Shown piece by piece: positions 24,634-32,717 of a stretch of DNA of 39,426 bases (position 1 is the first letter of the stretch; the number at the start of each line of letters is the position of its first letter). The stretch is from a virus. Its lineage: Duplodnaviria; Caudoviricetes. Location of the stretch: IMG/VR virus record IMGVR_UViG_3300017780_002683, positions 1 to 39,426 of that record; one strand, 5' to 3'. The notes beneath the pieces are model-generated. The model did not search any database and had not been told where the DNA came from. It saw only the letters and a list, made by a program, of their open reading frames with translations. A program made the position numbers and the translations under genes.

Positions 24634-26613
24634 ATGAGCACACCCTTCGACAGAATTTTGGCCGTCGACTTCGAGACGGTGTATGACAGCAAAGACTACA
24701 CGCTGCGCAAGCTCACCACGGAGGAATATATCCGCGACATCCGGTTCAAAGCCTTCGGCCTGTGCGTGCATGAGCTGGGCAGCAGCGAGCCCGTTGTGTG
24801 GATCAAGGGCCGGGATATCTCAGACTGGGCAGCCACCATCGACTGGAACCGCACAGCGGTGCTGGCCCATAACGCGCAGTTCGATGTGGCGATCCTGGGC
24901 TGGCATTACAACGTACACCCCGCGTTCATCTTCGACACGCTCTCGATGGCCAGGGCGCTGCGCGGTGTGGAGGTCGGCAACAGTCTGGCTAAGCTCGCCG
25001 AAGACTTCGGCCTCCCCGCCAAGGGCAATGCCATCAACAGCACGGACGGGCTGATCGAGTTGTCACCACGGGTTGAGAGGGAGCTTGCAGAGTACTGCGC
25101 TCATGACGTGTATCTGTGCGAGCATATCTTCGAGCGCCTGGGCAAGGGCTACCCCAAGAGCGAGCTGCGCCTCATCGACATGACGCTCAAGATGTACACC
25201 CGCCCGCTGTTGGAGCTGGACTCGGACATGCTGACTGATGCGCTGTATGCAGAGCGTGAACAACGCGAAGCACTGCTCAAGCGGCTGGACATTACAGACG
25301 GCGCGCTGGCCAGTAACCCCCAGTTCGCAGAGCTGCTGCGCACCCTCGGGGTGGATCCCCCGATGAAGAACAAGCGCCCGACAGTGAAGACGCCGAACCC
25401 AGAAGGCAAGACCTTTGCCTTTGCAAAGAACGACGCGATGTTCCAAGCGTTGCTCAACGGCTCTAACGAGGATGTGGCGCTGCTGTGCGAGGCCCGGCTG
25501 AAGGTGAAGTCAACGACTGAGCGCACACGGGCGCAGCGGTTCCTGGAGATATCGAAGCGTGGGCGGCTGCCTGTGCCGCTGTCTTATTACGGCGCGCTGT
25601 CTGGCCGGTGGACTGCCGGGCAAAAGTTAAATATGCAAAATCTGAAGCGTGGGAGCTTCCTGCGCAAGGCCATCATGGCGCCCGAAGGGCATGTGCTGGT
25701 GGTCGGTGACTTGTCTCAGATCGAGCCGCGTGTGCTGGCATGGCTGTCTGACTATGACGAGATGCTCGACATTTTTAGAGCAAAAGGAGACCCCTATGCG
25801 CAGTTCGGTGCTCAGATGTTCAATATACCGGGGCTCTCGAAAGAAAGCCATCCCGACTTACGCCAGTCTGCAAAAAGCGCGTTGCTTGGCGCGGGGTATG
25901 GGCTGGGCTGGGCCAGCTTTGCAGCTCAGTTATTGGTCGGCTTCCTCGGTGCGCCGCCTGTTCGGTACGACAAGGACTTCGCCCGCAAGCTGGGCGTTAC
26001 GGCAGACTACGTGGAACGGTTTCTGGAGTGGGACGAGAACATCCTCCGCATGCAGGAGATTCCGCATGTATGCACTACGAAAGAACTCTTGGTGCACTGC
26101 GTCGCAGCGAAGAAGATCATTGATATCTATCGTTCGACCGCGTACCCGGTTGTCGGCTTCTGGGAGCTTTGCAGCGGTCTTATCCAGCGCTCACTGGCAG
26201 ATGGCGAAGAGTATCGCCATAAGTGTCTGGTCTTCCGCAAAGAAGAGATTGTTCTTCCCAACGGCATGAGCCTGTTGTATCCTAATCTCCGTCAACAGAA
26301 AGATGTTCGTGGGAGGCCGCAGTGGGTGTACGGCTCAGACGCCACGAAGCTATACGCAGGAAAGATTACGAACAATGTGACGCAGGCGACTGCACGCATT
26401 GTGATGACGGACGGCATGCTCAGGACAGCTAAACGCTACCCTGTGGCAGGCACCGTACATGATGAGCAGATTGTTGTTGTACCTGAACAAGAGGGTCAGG
26501 ACGCTCTGCCGTGGGTGCTGGAGCAGATGACTATGGAGCCGAAGTACATGCCGGGGATCCCCCTGGCCGCTGAAGGTGGCGTTCACCGTCGTTATGGCCT
26601 TGCAAAAGGCTAG
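24634..26613 (+). CDS. polA: Family A DNA polymerase
   Basis: Exo motifs DFET and HNAQFD; motif A DLSQIEPR; motif B RQSAKSALLGAGYG; motif C VHDE. Confidence 0.95.
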   Translation: MSTPFDRILAVDFETVYDSKDYTLRKLTTEEYIRDIRFKAFGLCVHELGSSEPVVWIKGRDISDWAATIDWNRTAVLAHNAQFDVAILGWHYNVHPAFIFDTLSMARALRGVEVGNSLAKLAEDFGLPAKGNAINSTDGLIELSPRVERELAEYCAHDVYLCEHIFERLGKGYPKSELRLIDMTLKMYTRPLLELDSDMLTDALYAEREQREALLKRLDITDGALASNPQFAELLRTLGVDPPMKNKRPTVKTPNPEGKTFAFAKNDAMFQALLNGSNEDVALLCEARLKVKSTTERTRAQRFLEISKRGRLPVPLSYYGALSGRWTAGQKLNMQNLKRGSFLRKAIMAPEGHVLVVGDLSQIEPRVLAWLSDYDEMLDIFRAKGDPYAQFGAQMFNIPGLSKESHPDLRQSAKSALLGAGYGLGWASFAAQLLVGFLGAPPVRYDKDFARKLGVTADYVERFLEWDENILRMQEIPHVCTTKELLVHCVAAKKIIDIYRSTAYPVVGFWELCSGLIQRSLADGEEYRHKCLVFRKEEIVLPNGMSLLYPNLRQQKDVRGRPQWVYGSDATKLYAGKITNNVTQATARIVMTDGMLRTAKRYPVAGTVHDEQIVVVPEQEGQDALPWVLEQMTMEPKYMPGIPLAAEGGVHRRYGLAKG

Positions 26614-26623
26614 TGGAGTTCAC

Positions 26624-26905
26624 ATGCAATACAAACCAAACAGTTTCAAAGTAGGTGCCTCGCCGTACAAGGTGCATTACGTCAATGAGGACAGGGGCCG
26701 CGAGTACGGGGCGATCTATTACGGCACCAAGGCCATCGTCATCTACACAAAGAACCGCGCTGAAGAAAGCGTATCTGAGACGTTCTGGCATGAGATGACC
26801 CACGCTGTTCTGCATGAGATGAAACACAAGCTGTACAACGACGAGAAGTTTGTGACGCAGTTTGCAAAGCTCCTCAACGAAGCAATCAACAGCGCGAAGG
26901 ACTGA
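26624..26905 (+). CDS. Small HExxH metallopeptidase-like protein
   Basis: GGAG RBS; TFWHEMTHAVL followed by NDEKFV. Confidence 0.7.
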   Translation: MQYKPNSFKVGASPYKVHYVNEDRGREYGAIYYGTKAIVIYTKNRAEESVSETFWHEMTHAVLHEMKHKLYNDEKFVTQFAKLLNEAINSAKD

Positions 26906-27092
26906 CATGAGCGACGACAAAATGCAACAAGCATACGAGCTACTAGCCATGCTGCACACAGAAACAATGGCCGAGCTTGTGGAGACACAGCGCCGTATGG
27001 ATGCGATGTCCCGTTGTTGGTGGCGGATGCTTAAGCACCGGATCAAGACCGTATTAGGTTTTAACAGCGCGAAGGACTGACATGAGCGACGA
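26888..27092 (+). repeat. 30-bp perfect direct repeat flanking a mini-gene
   Basis: AACAGCGCGAAGGACTGACATGAGCGACGA at 26888-26917 and 27063-27092. Confidence 0.95.
26907..27080 (+). CDS. Small hypothetical protein (57 aa)
   Basis: AAGGA RBS within the repeat. Confidence 0.55.
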   Translation: MSDDKMQQAYELLAMLHTETMAELVETQRRMDAMSRCWWRMLKHRIKTVLGFNSAKD

Positions 27093-27213
27093 GTTCAAGC
27101 AGTGGGTGTGCAGTATCGAGAGCGGTGTCCCGCACGGCGTAGCCTGGGACAGCACGCTGGTGAAGATGTTGTGGAACTGCTGGCTCGCATCGAGGGAGAC
27201 GGCCAATGTCTGA
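27082..27213 (+). CDS. Small hypothetical protein (43 aa)
   Basis: Same RBS and start as the previous gene via the repeat; overlaps the next start. Confidence 0.5.
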   Translation: MSDEFKQWVCSIESGVPHGVAWDSTLVKMLWNCWLASRETANV

Positions 27214-27877
27214 GCGAATCATCCGGTGGTCGCATAGCGCTCTGAAGGACTACGAAGGCTGTGCGCGGCGGTATCACGAGGTCAAGGTGCTGGGCAAGTA
27301 CCCGTTCCAAGAGACCGATGCCACACGCTACGGCGTGGAGGTGCACAAGGCCCTGGAGGAGTACATCAAGGACAACAAGCCCATACCGCCCGCCTACGCG
27401 CAGTTCCAGGCGGTGGTGGACGCGATTCTCAAGAAGCCTGGGCGCAAGCTGGCCGAGCATGAAATGGCGCTGACTAAGAGCTTGCAACCCTGTGATTGGA
27501 AAGACAAGGACGTCTGGGTGCGTGGCATTGCTGACATCCTGATCGTGGATGATGACGACTTGGTGGCCTGGGTGGGTGACTGGAAGACCGGCAACGATCG
27601 CTACCCCGACAGGGATCAGCTCGTGCTCATGTCGATCATGGTGTTCGCGCACTTCCCACACATCCGCAAAGTCAACAGCGCCTTGCTATTCATCGTGAAG
27701 GAATCTATGGTGAAGATGCAGATGATGCGAGAGCAGGCAGACGCGGCGTGGTGGAAGTACCGCGAGCGCACAGCCCGGCTTGAGAACAGCTTTGCAAACA
27801 ACGTATGGAACCCCACACAGACACCGCTGTGCCGCTGGTGCCAAGTGACGGGGTGCGAGTTCAACCCGAAACACTAG
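27206..27877 (+). CDS. Cas4-like PD-(D/E)XK exonuclease
   Basis: WSHSALKDYEGC, GVEVH, RGIAD, DWKTG, QL, C-terminal LCRWC...C. Confidence 0.85.
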   Translation: MSERIIRWSHSALKDYEGCARRYHEVKVLGKYPFQETDATRYGVEVHKALEEYIKDNKPIPPAYAQFQAVVDAILKKPGRKLAEHEMALTKSLQPCDWKDKDVWVRGIADILIVDDDDLVAWVGDWKTGNDRYPDRDQLVLMSIMVFAHFPHIRKVNSALLFIVKESMVKMQMMREQADAAWWKYRERTARLENSFANNVWNPTQTPLCRWCQVTGCEFNPKH

Positions 27878-27886
27878 GACTAAATC

Positions 27887-28126
27887 ATGACGCAGAAGAA
27901 CGGCAAAAGGGATTTCAAGCATGCCTACGCCTTGCAGAAGGCCAGCGGCGAGACCAAGGATCAACTTGAGCGCCAGAAGGCCCGGCAGGCATACGACAAG
28001 GCCGGCATAGACCGGTCAGGCAAGCACATAGATCACATCAAGCCGCTGCGTGCTGGGGGTAAGACAACCAAGGGCAACCTCCGCTTACGCAGCCCCAAGG
28101 CGAACGTAAGCGATAACGGGAAATGA
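27887..28126 (+). CDS. Small HNH protein
   Basis: IDHIKPLRAGGKTTKGNLRLRSPKAN. Confidence 0.75.
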   Translation: MTQKNGKRDFKHAYALQKASGETKDQLERQKARQAYDKAGIDRSGKHIDHIKPLRAGGKTTKGNLRLRSPKANVSDNGK

Positions 28127-28127
28127 G

Positions 28128-30560
28128 ATGGAGATTCTGGACGATAAGGCCGTGCTTATCAGGACGCGCAATCCTGCGAAGTACACAGTAATACCGAAGA
28201 GTCGCATCGTCGAGGATCATGGCAACGGTGGCTACACCGTCGCTGTTTTCTTCGGCCTCGACGAGATGCGCGTGCTGCGCAACCTGGGCGTTAAGAAGGT
28301 TGTCTCGCCCATCACACGCAAGTACAACTGGCCCGGACGCTATCGTCCGATGGATCACCAAGTAGACACCGCATCGTTCCTGACGCTGCACCGCCGAGCG
28401 TTCTGCTTCAACGAGCCTGGGACAGGCAAGACGCTCTCCGCGCTGTGGGCGGCTGACTACTTGATGAAGCGTGGTGAGGTGCGGCGTGTGTTGATCCTGT
28501 GCCCGCTGTCGATCATGCACAGCGCCTGGATGGGGGACATCATGAACTCGGTGATGCACCGCAGCGCTGTCGTAGCCCACCATGCGCAGGCCTCGCGCAG
28601 AATAGAGCTGGTGCAGGGGGACTACGAGTTCGTCATTGCCAACTATGAGGGGCTGAACCTTATCAACCGCGAGGTGCTCAACGATGGCCGGTTCGATCTG
28701 ATCATTGTGGATGAGTGCTTTGTCGCAGGCACGCCAGTTGCAACTCCGTTGGGGAACCGCCCGATTGAACAGCTAGAAGCCGGGGACGAGGTCTTGACTT
28801 CTGACGGAGTAATGCGTATAAAAAGACTTGTACGCAACACTGCTACGCAATTGGTTGAGGTCAAACTTGGAAACGGAAAATCCATCCAGTGCACTCCAGA
28901 ACATCCGTTCTTTACTGATGCCGGCTGGGTGTGCGCCAAAAATCTTGCGGGAAGACGCCTTGTATCTGGCGTTGAGCTGTCCTGTTTGCGGGGTGGAGTA
29001 CCGCCGCAAAAAAGCGCAGATGCTCTGGTTTCTATCGAAGGGAATTCCGACTGGGGTTACCTGTTCCAGATCCTGCGCACGGAAGAGGTGGCATCTAATG
29101 AATCCCGGAGCCAGCTACTTCAGTCAGATGCCGCCAGATCAACGGGGAAAAACGTCGGGGCCGAAGACGCCAGAACATCGGGCGAAGCTGTCAGCAGTAG
29201 CGAAAGCCAACGGGCACAAACCGATTGTGCGGGGGGGAAACGGTACGGGCATGACGCCGATGGAGCAGTTGATTTCCGAGGTCTTACCTGTGGGGTGGGC
29301 ATGGAACTACCCAGTAGCGTTGGGCAAGAGGCAGCAAGGCTTTCCTACGAACTACAAGCTCGACTTTGCGTGGCCACACCTCAAGGTGGGGCTGGAAGTG
29401 GACGGGGGCAGCCACACACTGTTAGCGCGGCAAGCGCAGGATCGGAAGAAAGAAGCCAAGCTGGCGGAGCTTGGGTGGAGATTGTTTCGTATATCGAATG
29501 CCCAAACGGGGAGCCTGTATACAACCTCGAAGTTGAAGGAACACCTAACTACTTTGTTGGGGATCATTGGCTAGTCCACAACTGCAACGCATACAAGAAC
29601 CCCACGACCCAGCGCTGGAAGTCGCTGCAGTCAATCATTCAGCCGCACACGTATCTGTGGATGATGACGGGTACGCCCGCATCGCAGTCTCCCGTCGATG
29701 CGTACGGTCTGGCCAAGCTCGTGAACCCGAACGGTGTGCCGAAGTTCTACACCGCGTGGCGCGACAAGGTCATGAACAAGATCACGCAGTTCAAGTGGGC
29801 GCCTAAGCCTGAGTCCAAGACGCTGGTACACGAGGCACTGCAGCCAGCGATCCGGTTCACCAAGGCACAGTGTTTGGATCTGCCGCCGGTACTGACAGTC
29901 ACCCGTGACGTAGCGCTCTCGCCTCAACAGACGAAGTACTACAAGCTGCTCAAAGAACAGATGCTGGTGCAGGCTGCCGGCGAGACGATCAGCGCAGTGA
30001 ATGCGGGCGTGATGGTCAGTAAGCTCTTGCAGGTGTCGTGCGGTGCGGCATACACCGACGACAGGGAAGTGGTTGAGTTCGACGCATCAGCACGGCTTAA
30101 AGTCTTGATGGAGGTCATCGAGGAGACCAACCGCAAGGTCATCATCTTCGCAATGTTCCGCTCTAGTATCGACACGATCACCACGTACCTGGAGAAGAAC
30201 AACGTCAAGACTGCGCAGATTCACGGCGACGTGAGTGCGACCAAGCGCGGGGTGATCATCAATGACTTCCAGCACACGCCCAATGTTCAGGTCTTGGTCA
30301 TGCAGCCCCAGGCTACGGCACACGGGATCACGCTGACTGCTGCCGACACGGTAGTGTTTTATGGCCCACTCATGAGCGTGGAGATGTACCTGCAATGTAT
30401 TGCGCGAGCCGACCGCAAGGGGCAGAACTCCGACAAAGTGACTGTGGTGCACATTCAAAGCAGCCCTATTGAACAAAAGATGTTCAAGGCTATGGCGTCC
30501 AAGGTAAGTGACCACGCACTACTCGTTGGCATGTTCGATAGCGAGGTTAAAAATAGTTGA
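28128..30560 (+). CDS. SNF2-like superfamily 2 helicase containing an intein
   Basis: EPGTGKT, IIVDE|C, MTGTP, HGITLT, QCIARADRKGQ motifs. Confidence 0.92.
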   Translation: MEILDDKAVLIRTRNPAKYTVIPKSRIVEDHGNGGYTVAVFFGLDEMRVLRNLGVKKVVSPITRKYNWPGRYRPMDHQVDTASFLTLHRRAFCFNEPGTGKTLSALWAADYLMKRGEVRRVLILCPLSIMHSAWMGDIMNSVMHRSAVVAHHAQASRRIELVQGDYEFVIANYEGLNLINREVLNDGRFDLIIVDECFVAGTPVATPLGNRPIEQLEAGDEVLTSDGVMRIKRLVRNTATQLVEVKLGNGKSIQCTPEHPFFTDAGWVCAKNLAGRRLVSGVELSCLRGGVPPQKSADALVSIEGNSDWGYLFQILRTEEVASNESRSQLLQSDAARSTGKNVGAEDARTSGEAVSSSESQRAQTDCAGGKRYGHDADGAVDFRGLTCGVGMELPSSVGQEAARLSYELQARLCVATPQGGAGSGRGQPHTVSAASAGSEERSQAGGAWVEIVSYIECPNGEPVYNLEVEGTPNYFVGDHWLVHNCNAYKNPTTQRWKSLQSIIQPHTYLWMMTGTPASQSPVDAYGLAKLVNPNGVPKFYTAWRDKVMNKITQFKWAPKPESKTLVHEALQPAIRFTKAQCLDLPPVLTVTRDVALSPQQTKYYKLLKEQMLVQAAGETISAVNAGVMVSKLLQVSCGAAYTDDREVVEFDASARLKVLMEVIEETNRKVIIFAMFRSSIDTITTYLEKNNVKTAQIHGDVSATKRGVIINDFQHTPNVQVLVMQPQATAHGITLTAADTVVFYGPLMSVEMYLQCIARADRKGQNSDKVTVVHIQSSPIEQKMFKAMASKVSDHALLVGMFDSEVKNS
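28716..29582 (+). mobile_element. Intein (289 aa) inserted in helicase motif II (DE|C)
   Basis: Block A CFVAGTPV, block B CTPEHPF, block F VYNLEVEGTPNYFV, block G LVHN followed by +1 Cys. Confidence 0.95.
28918..29574 (+). CDS. Out-of-frame (+1) endonuclease nested in the intein (Zn finger, NUMOD3-like, DUF559/Vsr-like)
   Basis: CPVC...CSRSC; KTPEHRAKLSAVAK; YKLDFAWPHLKVGLEVDGGSH...QDRKKEAKLAELGWRLFRISN; start uncertain (28828, 28918 or TTG 28960). Confidence 0.85.
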   Translation: MPAGCAPKILREDALYLALSCPVCGVEYRRKKAQMLWFLSKGIPTGVTCSRSCARKRWHLMNPGASYFSQMPPDQRGKTSGPKTPEHRAKLSAVAKANGHKPIVRGGNGTGMTPMEQLISEVLPVGWAWNYPVALGKRQQGFPTNYKLDFAWPHLKVGLEVDGGSHTLLARQAQDRKKEAKLAELGWRLFRISNAQTGSLYTTSKLKEHLTTLLGIIG

Positions 30561-30640
30561 AAAAGAGGGCATACAAGCCGCAAAATTAGGGCTATGATTG
30601 TCAAAGGTTAGACAAATAAGACAGGTAACAGGAGAGAAAA

Positions 30641-31057
30641 ATGAATCAAGACAACGAATCCGCCAGCATTCCTATGGACAAGCTGGCCCGGGTGTATCGC
30701 AAGATGCAGGCCCGGATTCAAGAACTGACGACGGCTTACGAGACCGAGGTCGAGACGCTCAAAGCGCAGCAAGAAGCTGTGAAGACGGCGCTCAAAGACA
30801 AGATGTTGGCTCTCGGGGTCAAGTCAGTTAGTACGGAGGAGGGCACAGTAATTCTCTCCACTAAGACCCGCTACGCGACCCAAGACTGGGATTCGTTCAA
30901 GCAGTTCGTGGTGGAGCACGATGCACTAGACCTGTTTGAGAAGCGCATTGCGCAGACCAACATGTCGACCTTCTTGAAAGAAAACCCAGGCTTAGTTCCG
31001 CCTGGGCTCAACAGCAACTCTGAATACGCGATCAGCGTAAGGAAGCCTTCAAAATGA
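30641..31057 (+). CDS. Conserved hypothetical protein of the replication module
   Basis: AGGAG RBS, TATGAT -10 at 30593; N-terminal coiled coil, DWDSF...LFEKRIAQ...PPGL. Confidence 0.8.
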   Translation: MNQDNESASIPMDKLARVYRKMQARIQELTTAYETEVETLKAQQEAVKTALKDKMLALGVKSVSTEEGTVILSTKTRYATQDWDSFKQFVVEHDALDLFEKRIAQTNMSTFLKENPGLVPPGLNSNSEYAISVRKPSK

Positions 31058-31215
31058 ACATGACCTTTACCTTCACCCAGCAACAAGCCCAAGTCTTGCT
31101 TAACGCCTTGGCACAACGCCCCTACGCTGAAGTCAGCGGCCTGATCGAGACTCTCGTAACCCAAGCCCGCGCTCAAGAAGAAGCCGCAGCTAACACCAAA
31201 GAGGAACAGCAATGA
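31054..31215 (+). CDS. Small hypothetical protein (53 aa)
   Basis: ATGA overlaps at both ends; LLNALAQRPYAEVSGLI; not in ORF track. Confidence 0.6.
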   Translation: MNMTFTFTQQQAQVLLNALAQRPYAEVSGLIETLVTQARAQEEAAANTKEEQQ

Positions 31216-32207
31216 GCAACGTAACCGTTTTCAACCCATCTAACGTCCCCGCCTTCGCCCGTAAGGGTGAACTGTCTGACATGGCCAAGGCCCTGGCGGG
31301 CGGCGGCGCTGCTGGTGGCAAGCGTGTCTCTATCAAGGGCGGTGTGTTCCGCTTGATGTCCGGCGGCAAGGAAGTTGCCAACATCGAGGACAGGCATCTC
31401 GACATCGTGATGGTCAAGGCGGCCTCCAAGGTCAGCCGCGTTTTCTACGCAAAGAGCTATGACGCTGAGTCCGTGTCCGGCCCTGACTGCTGGTCAGCAG
31501 ACGGCGACAAGCCTAGCTCCGAGGCAGCCAGCCCCCAGGCATCCCGCTGCGCTGAGTGCCCCAAGAACATCGCAGGCTCTGGCCAAGGTAACAGCCGCGC
31601 TTGCCGCTATCAACAGCGTCTGGCTGTGGTGCTTGAGAACGACATGAGCGGTGACGTGCTGCAGTTGGCTCTGCCCGCTACGTCGATCTTCGGGAAAGCC
31701 GAGGGGGATAACCGCCCGCTGCAAGAGTATGCTCGGTGGCTGGTGGCCCAAGGCATTAACCCAGAGGCAGTCGTTACCCGCATGAAGTTCGACACCAAGT
31801 CAGAGTCGCCCAAGCTGCACTTCAAAGCGATGCGCTGGCTGAGTGATGACGAGTATGAAATCGTCGAACAACAAGCGGCAACGGATGATGCAGTCAAGGC
31901 CGTCACGATGACCGTGGCGAAGATGGACGCAGCGCCTGAAGCACCTGCTGCTCTGGCCGGCAAGCCGCCCGCTAAGGTCAAGCCCGCACCCGCACCTGCT
32001 CCGGCAGTTGAGGAAGAGTCTGAGGATGAAGAAGTTGCCGCAGTTGCAGCGCCGAAAGCACGTAAGGCCAAGGCAGCACCTGCTCCGGTAGTTGAGGAGC
32101 CGGAAGAAGTTGAAGAGCCTGCTGTGCGTAAGGAAGCGCCTAAGAAGCCCGCTGTGGAAGGCAAGAGCGCCCTTGCTGACATGGTGAGCGACTGGGACGA
32201 CGAGTAA
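31212..32207 (+). CDS. Putative ssDNA-binding protein
   Basis: RVSIKGGVF, PDCWS...CAECPKN...RAC; Pro/Ala/Glu linker and acidic-aromatic C-terminus DWDDE. Confidence 0.55.
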   Translation: MSNVTVFNPSNVPAFARKGELSDMAKALAGGGAAGGKRVSIKGGVFRLMSGGKEVANIEDRHLDIVMVKAASKVSRVFYAKSYDAESVSGPDCWSADGDKPSSEAASPQASRCAECPKNIAGSGQGNSRACRYQQRLAVVLENDMSGDVLQLALPATSIFGKAEGDNRPLQEYARWLVAQGINPEAVVTRMKFDTKSESPKLHFKAMRWLSDDEYEIVEQQAATDDAVKAVTMTVAKMDAAPEAPAALAGKPPAKVKPAPAPAPAVEEESEDEEVAAVAAPKARKAKAAPAPVVEEPEEVEEPAVRKEAPKKPAVEGKSALADMVSDWDDE

Positions 32208-32289
32208 GGTTTTGGGGGGAAGGAGGACTTATGGCCCTCACTTTTAAACGCTTCAAACACACGAACGCCCCCCGCCACTAGGCGCCACC

Positions 32290-32565
32290 ATGTACCACCA
32301 CAAGTTCGTTGTCCAGATAAAGGAGCAGCCGCTTTCACTCGGAACACGCCTAGCAAAGTGGGCCATATTCCTGGATGTACCAGTCACCAAGATCGCACGC
32401 GCCGTAGGATCTACGCGCCAGTCGGTCTACAACTGGATGAAAGGCGGTGAAGTATTCGTCGCCTACCGCCCTGCGGTAGAGCGGATCGTTGAAATATTAC
32501 AGGCGTCGAAAACGTCTGAAGAAGCGTGGAGCAAAATATGCAAGGCATTCAACCTACATCCCTGA
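32290..32565 (+). CDS. Cro/XRE-like HTH regulator
   Basis: VTKIARAVGSTRQSVYNWMKG. Confidence 0.8.
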   Translation: MYHHKFVVQIKEQPLSLGTRLAKWAIFLDVPVTKIARAVGSTRQSVYNWMKGGEVFVAYRPAVERIVEILQASKTSEEAWSKICKAFNLHP

Positions 32566-32696
32566 GTAACGAAGAATTGCTTAAGTACAGTTGGCTCACA
32601 GGTGCCGACAAGTTGCCAGCGCAGTGGGTGTCGGAGTTGATGCTCCGATTAGAGGAGTACGTCGACGCTGAAGCCAAAGACGCCGCCTCCGAATAA
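32538..32696 (+). CDS. Small hypothetical protein (52 aa)
   Basis: GGAG RBS; MQGIQPTSLSNEELL; fills the gap to the primase. Confidence 0.55.
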   Translation: MQGIQPTSLSNEELLKYSWLTGADKLPAQWVSELMLRLEEYVDAEAKDAASE

Positions 32697-32717
32697 CCCA
32701 AAAGAAAAGGCCCGTAC

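Noticed and set aside
24634-26613. Intein or intron in the DNA polymerase
   Set aside because: The ORF is continuous, of normal length, and has no splicing motifs
27206-27877. Cas4 as evidence of a CRISPR-Cas system
   Set aside because: Stand-alone Cas4-like nucleases are common in phage replication modules; no other cas genes or array seen
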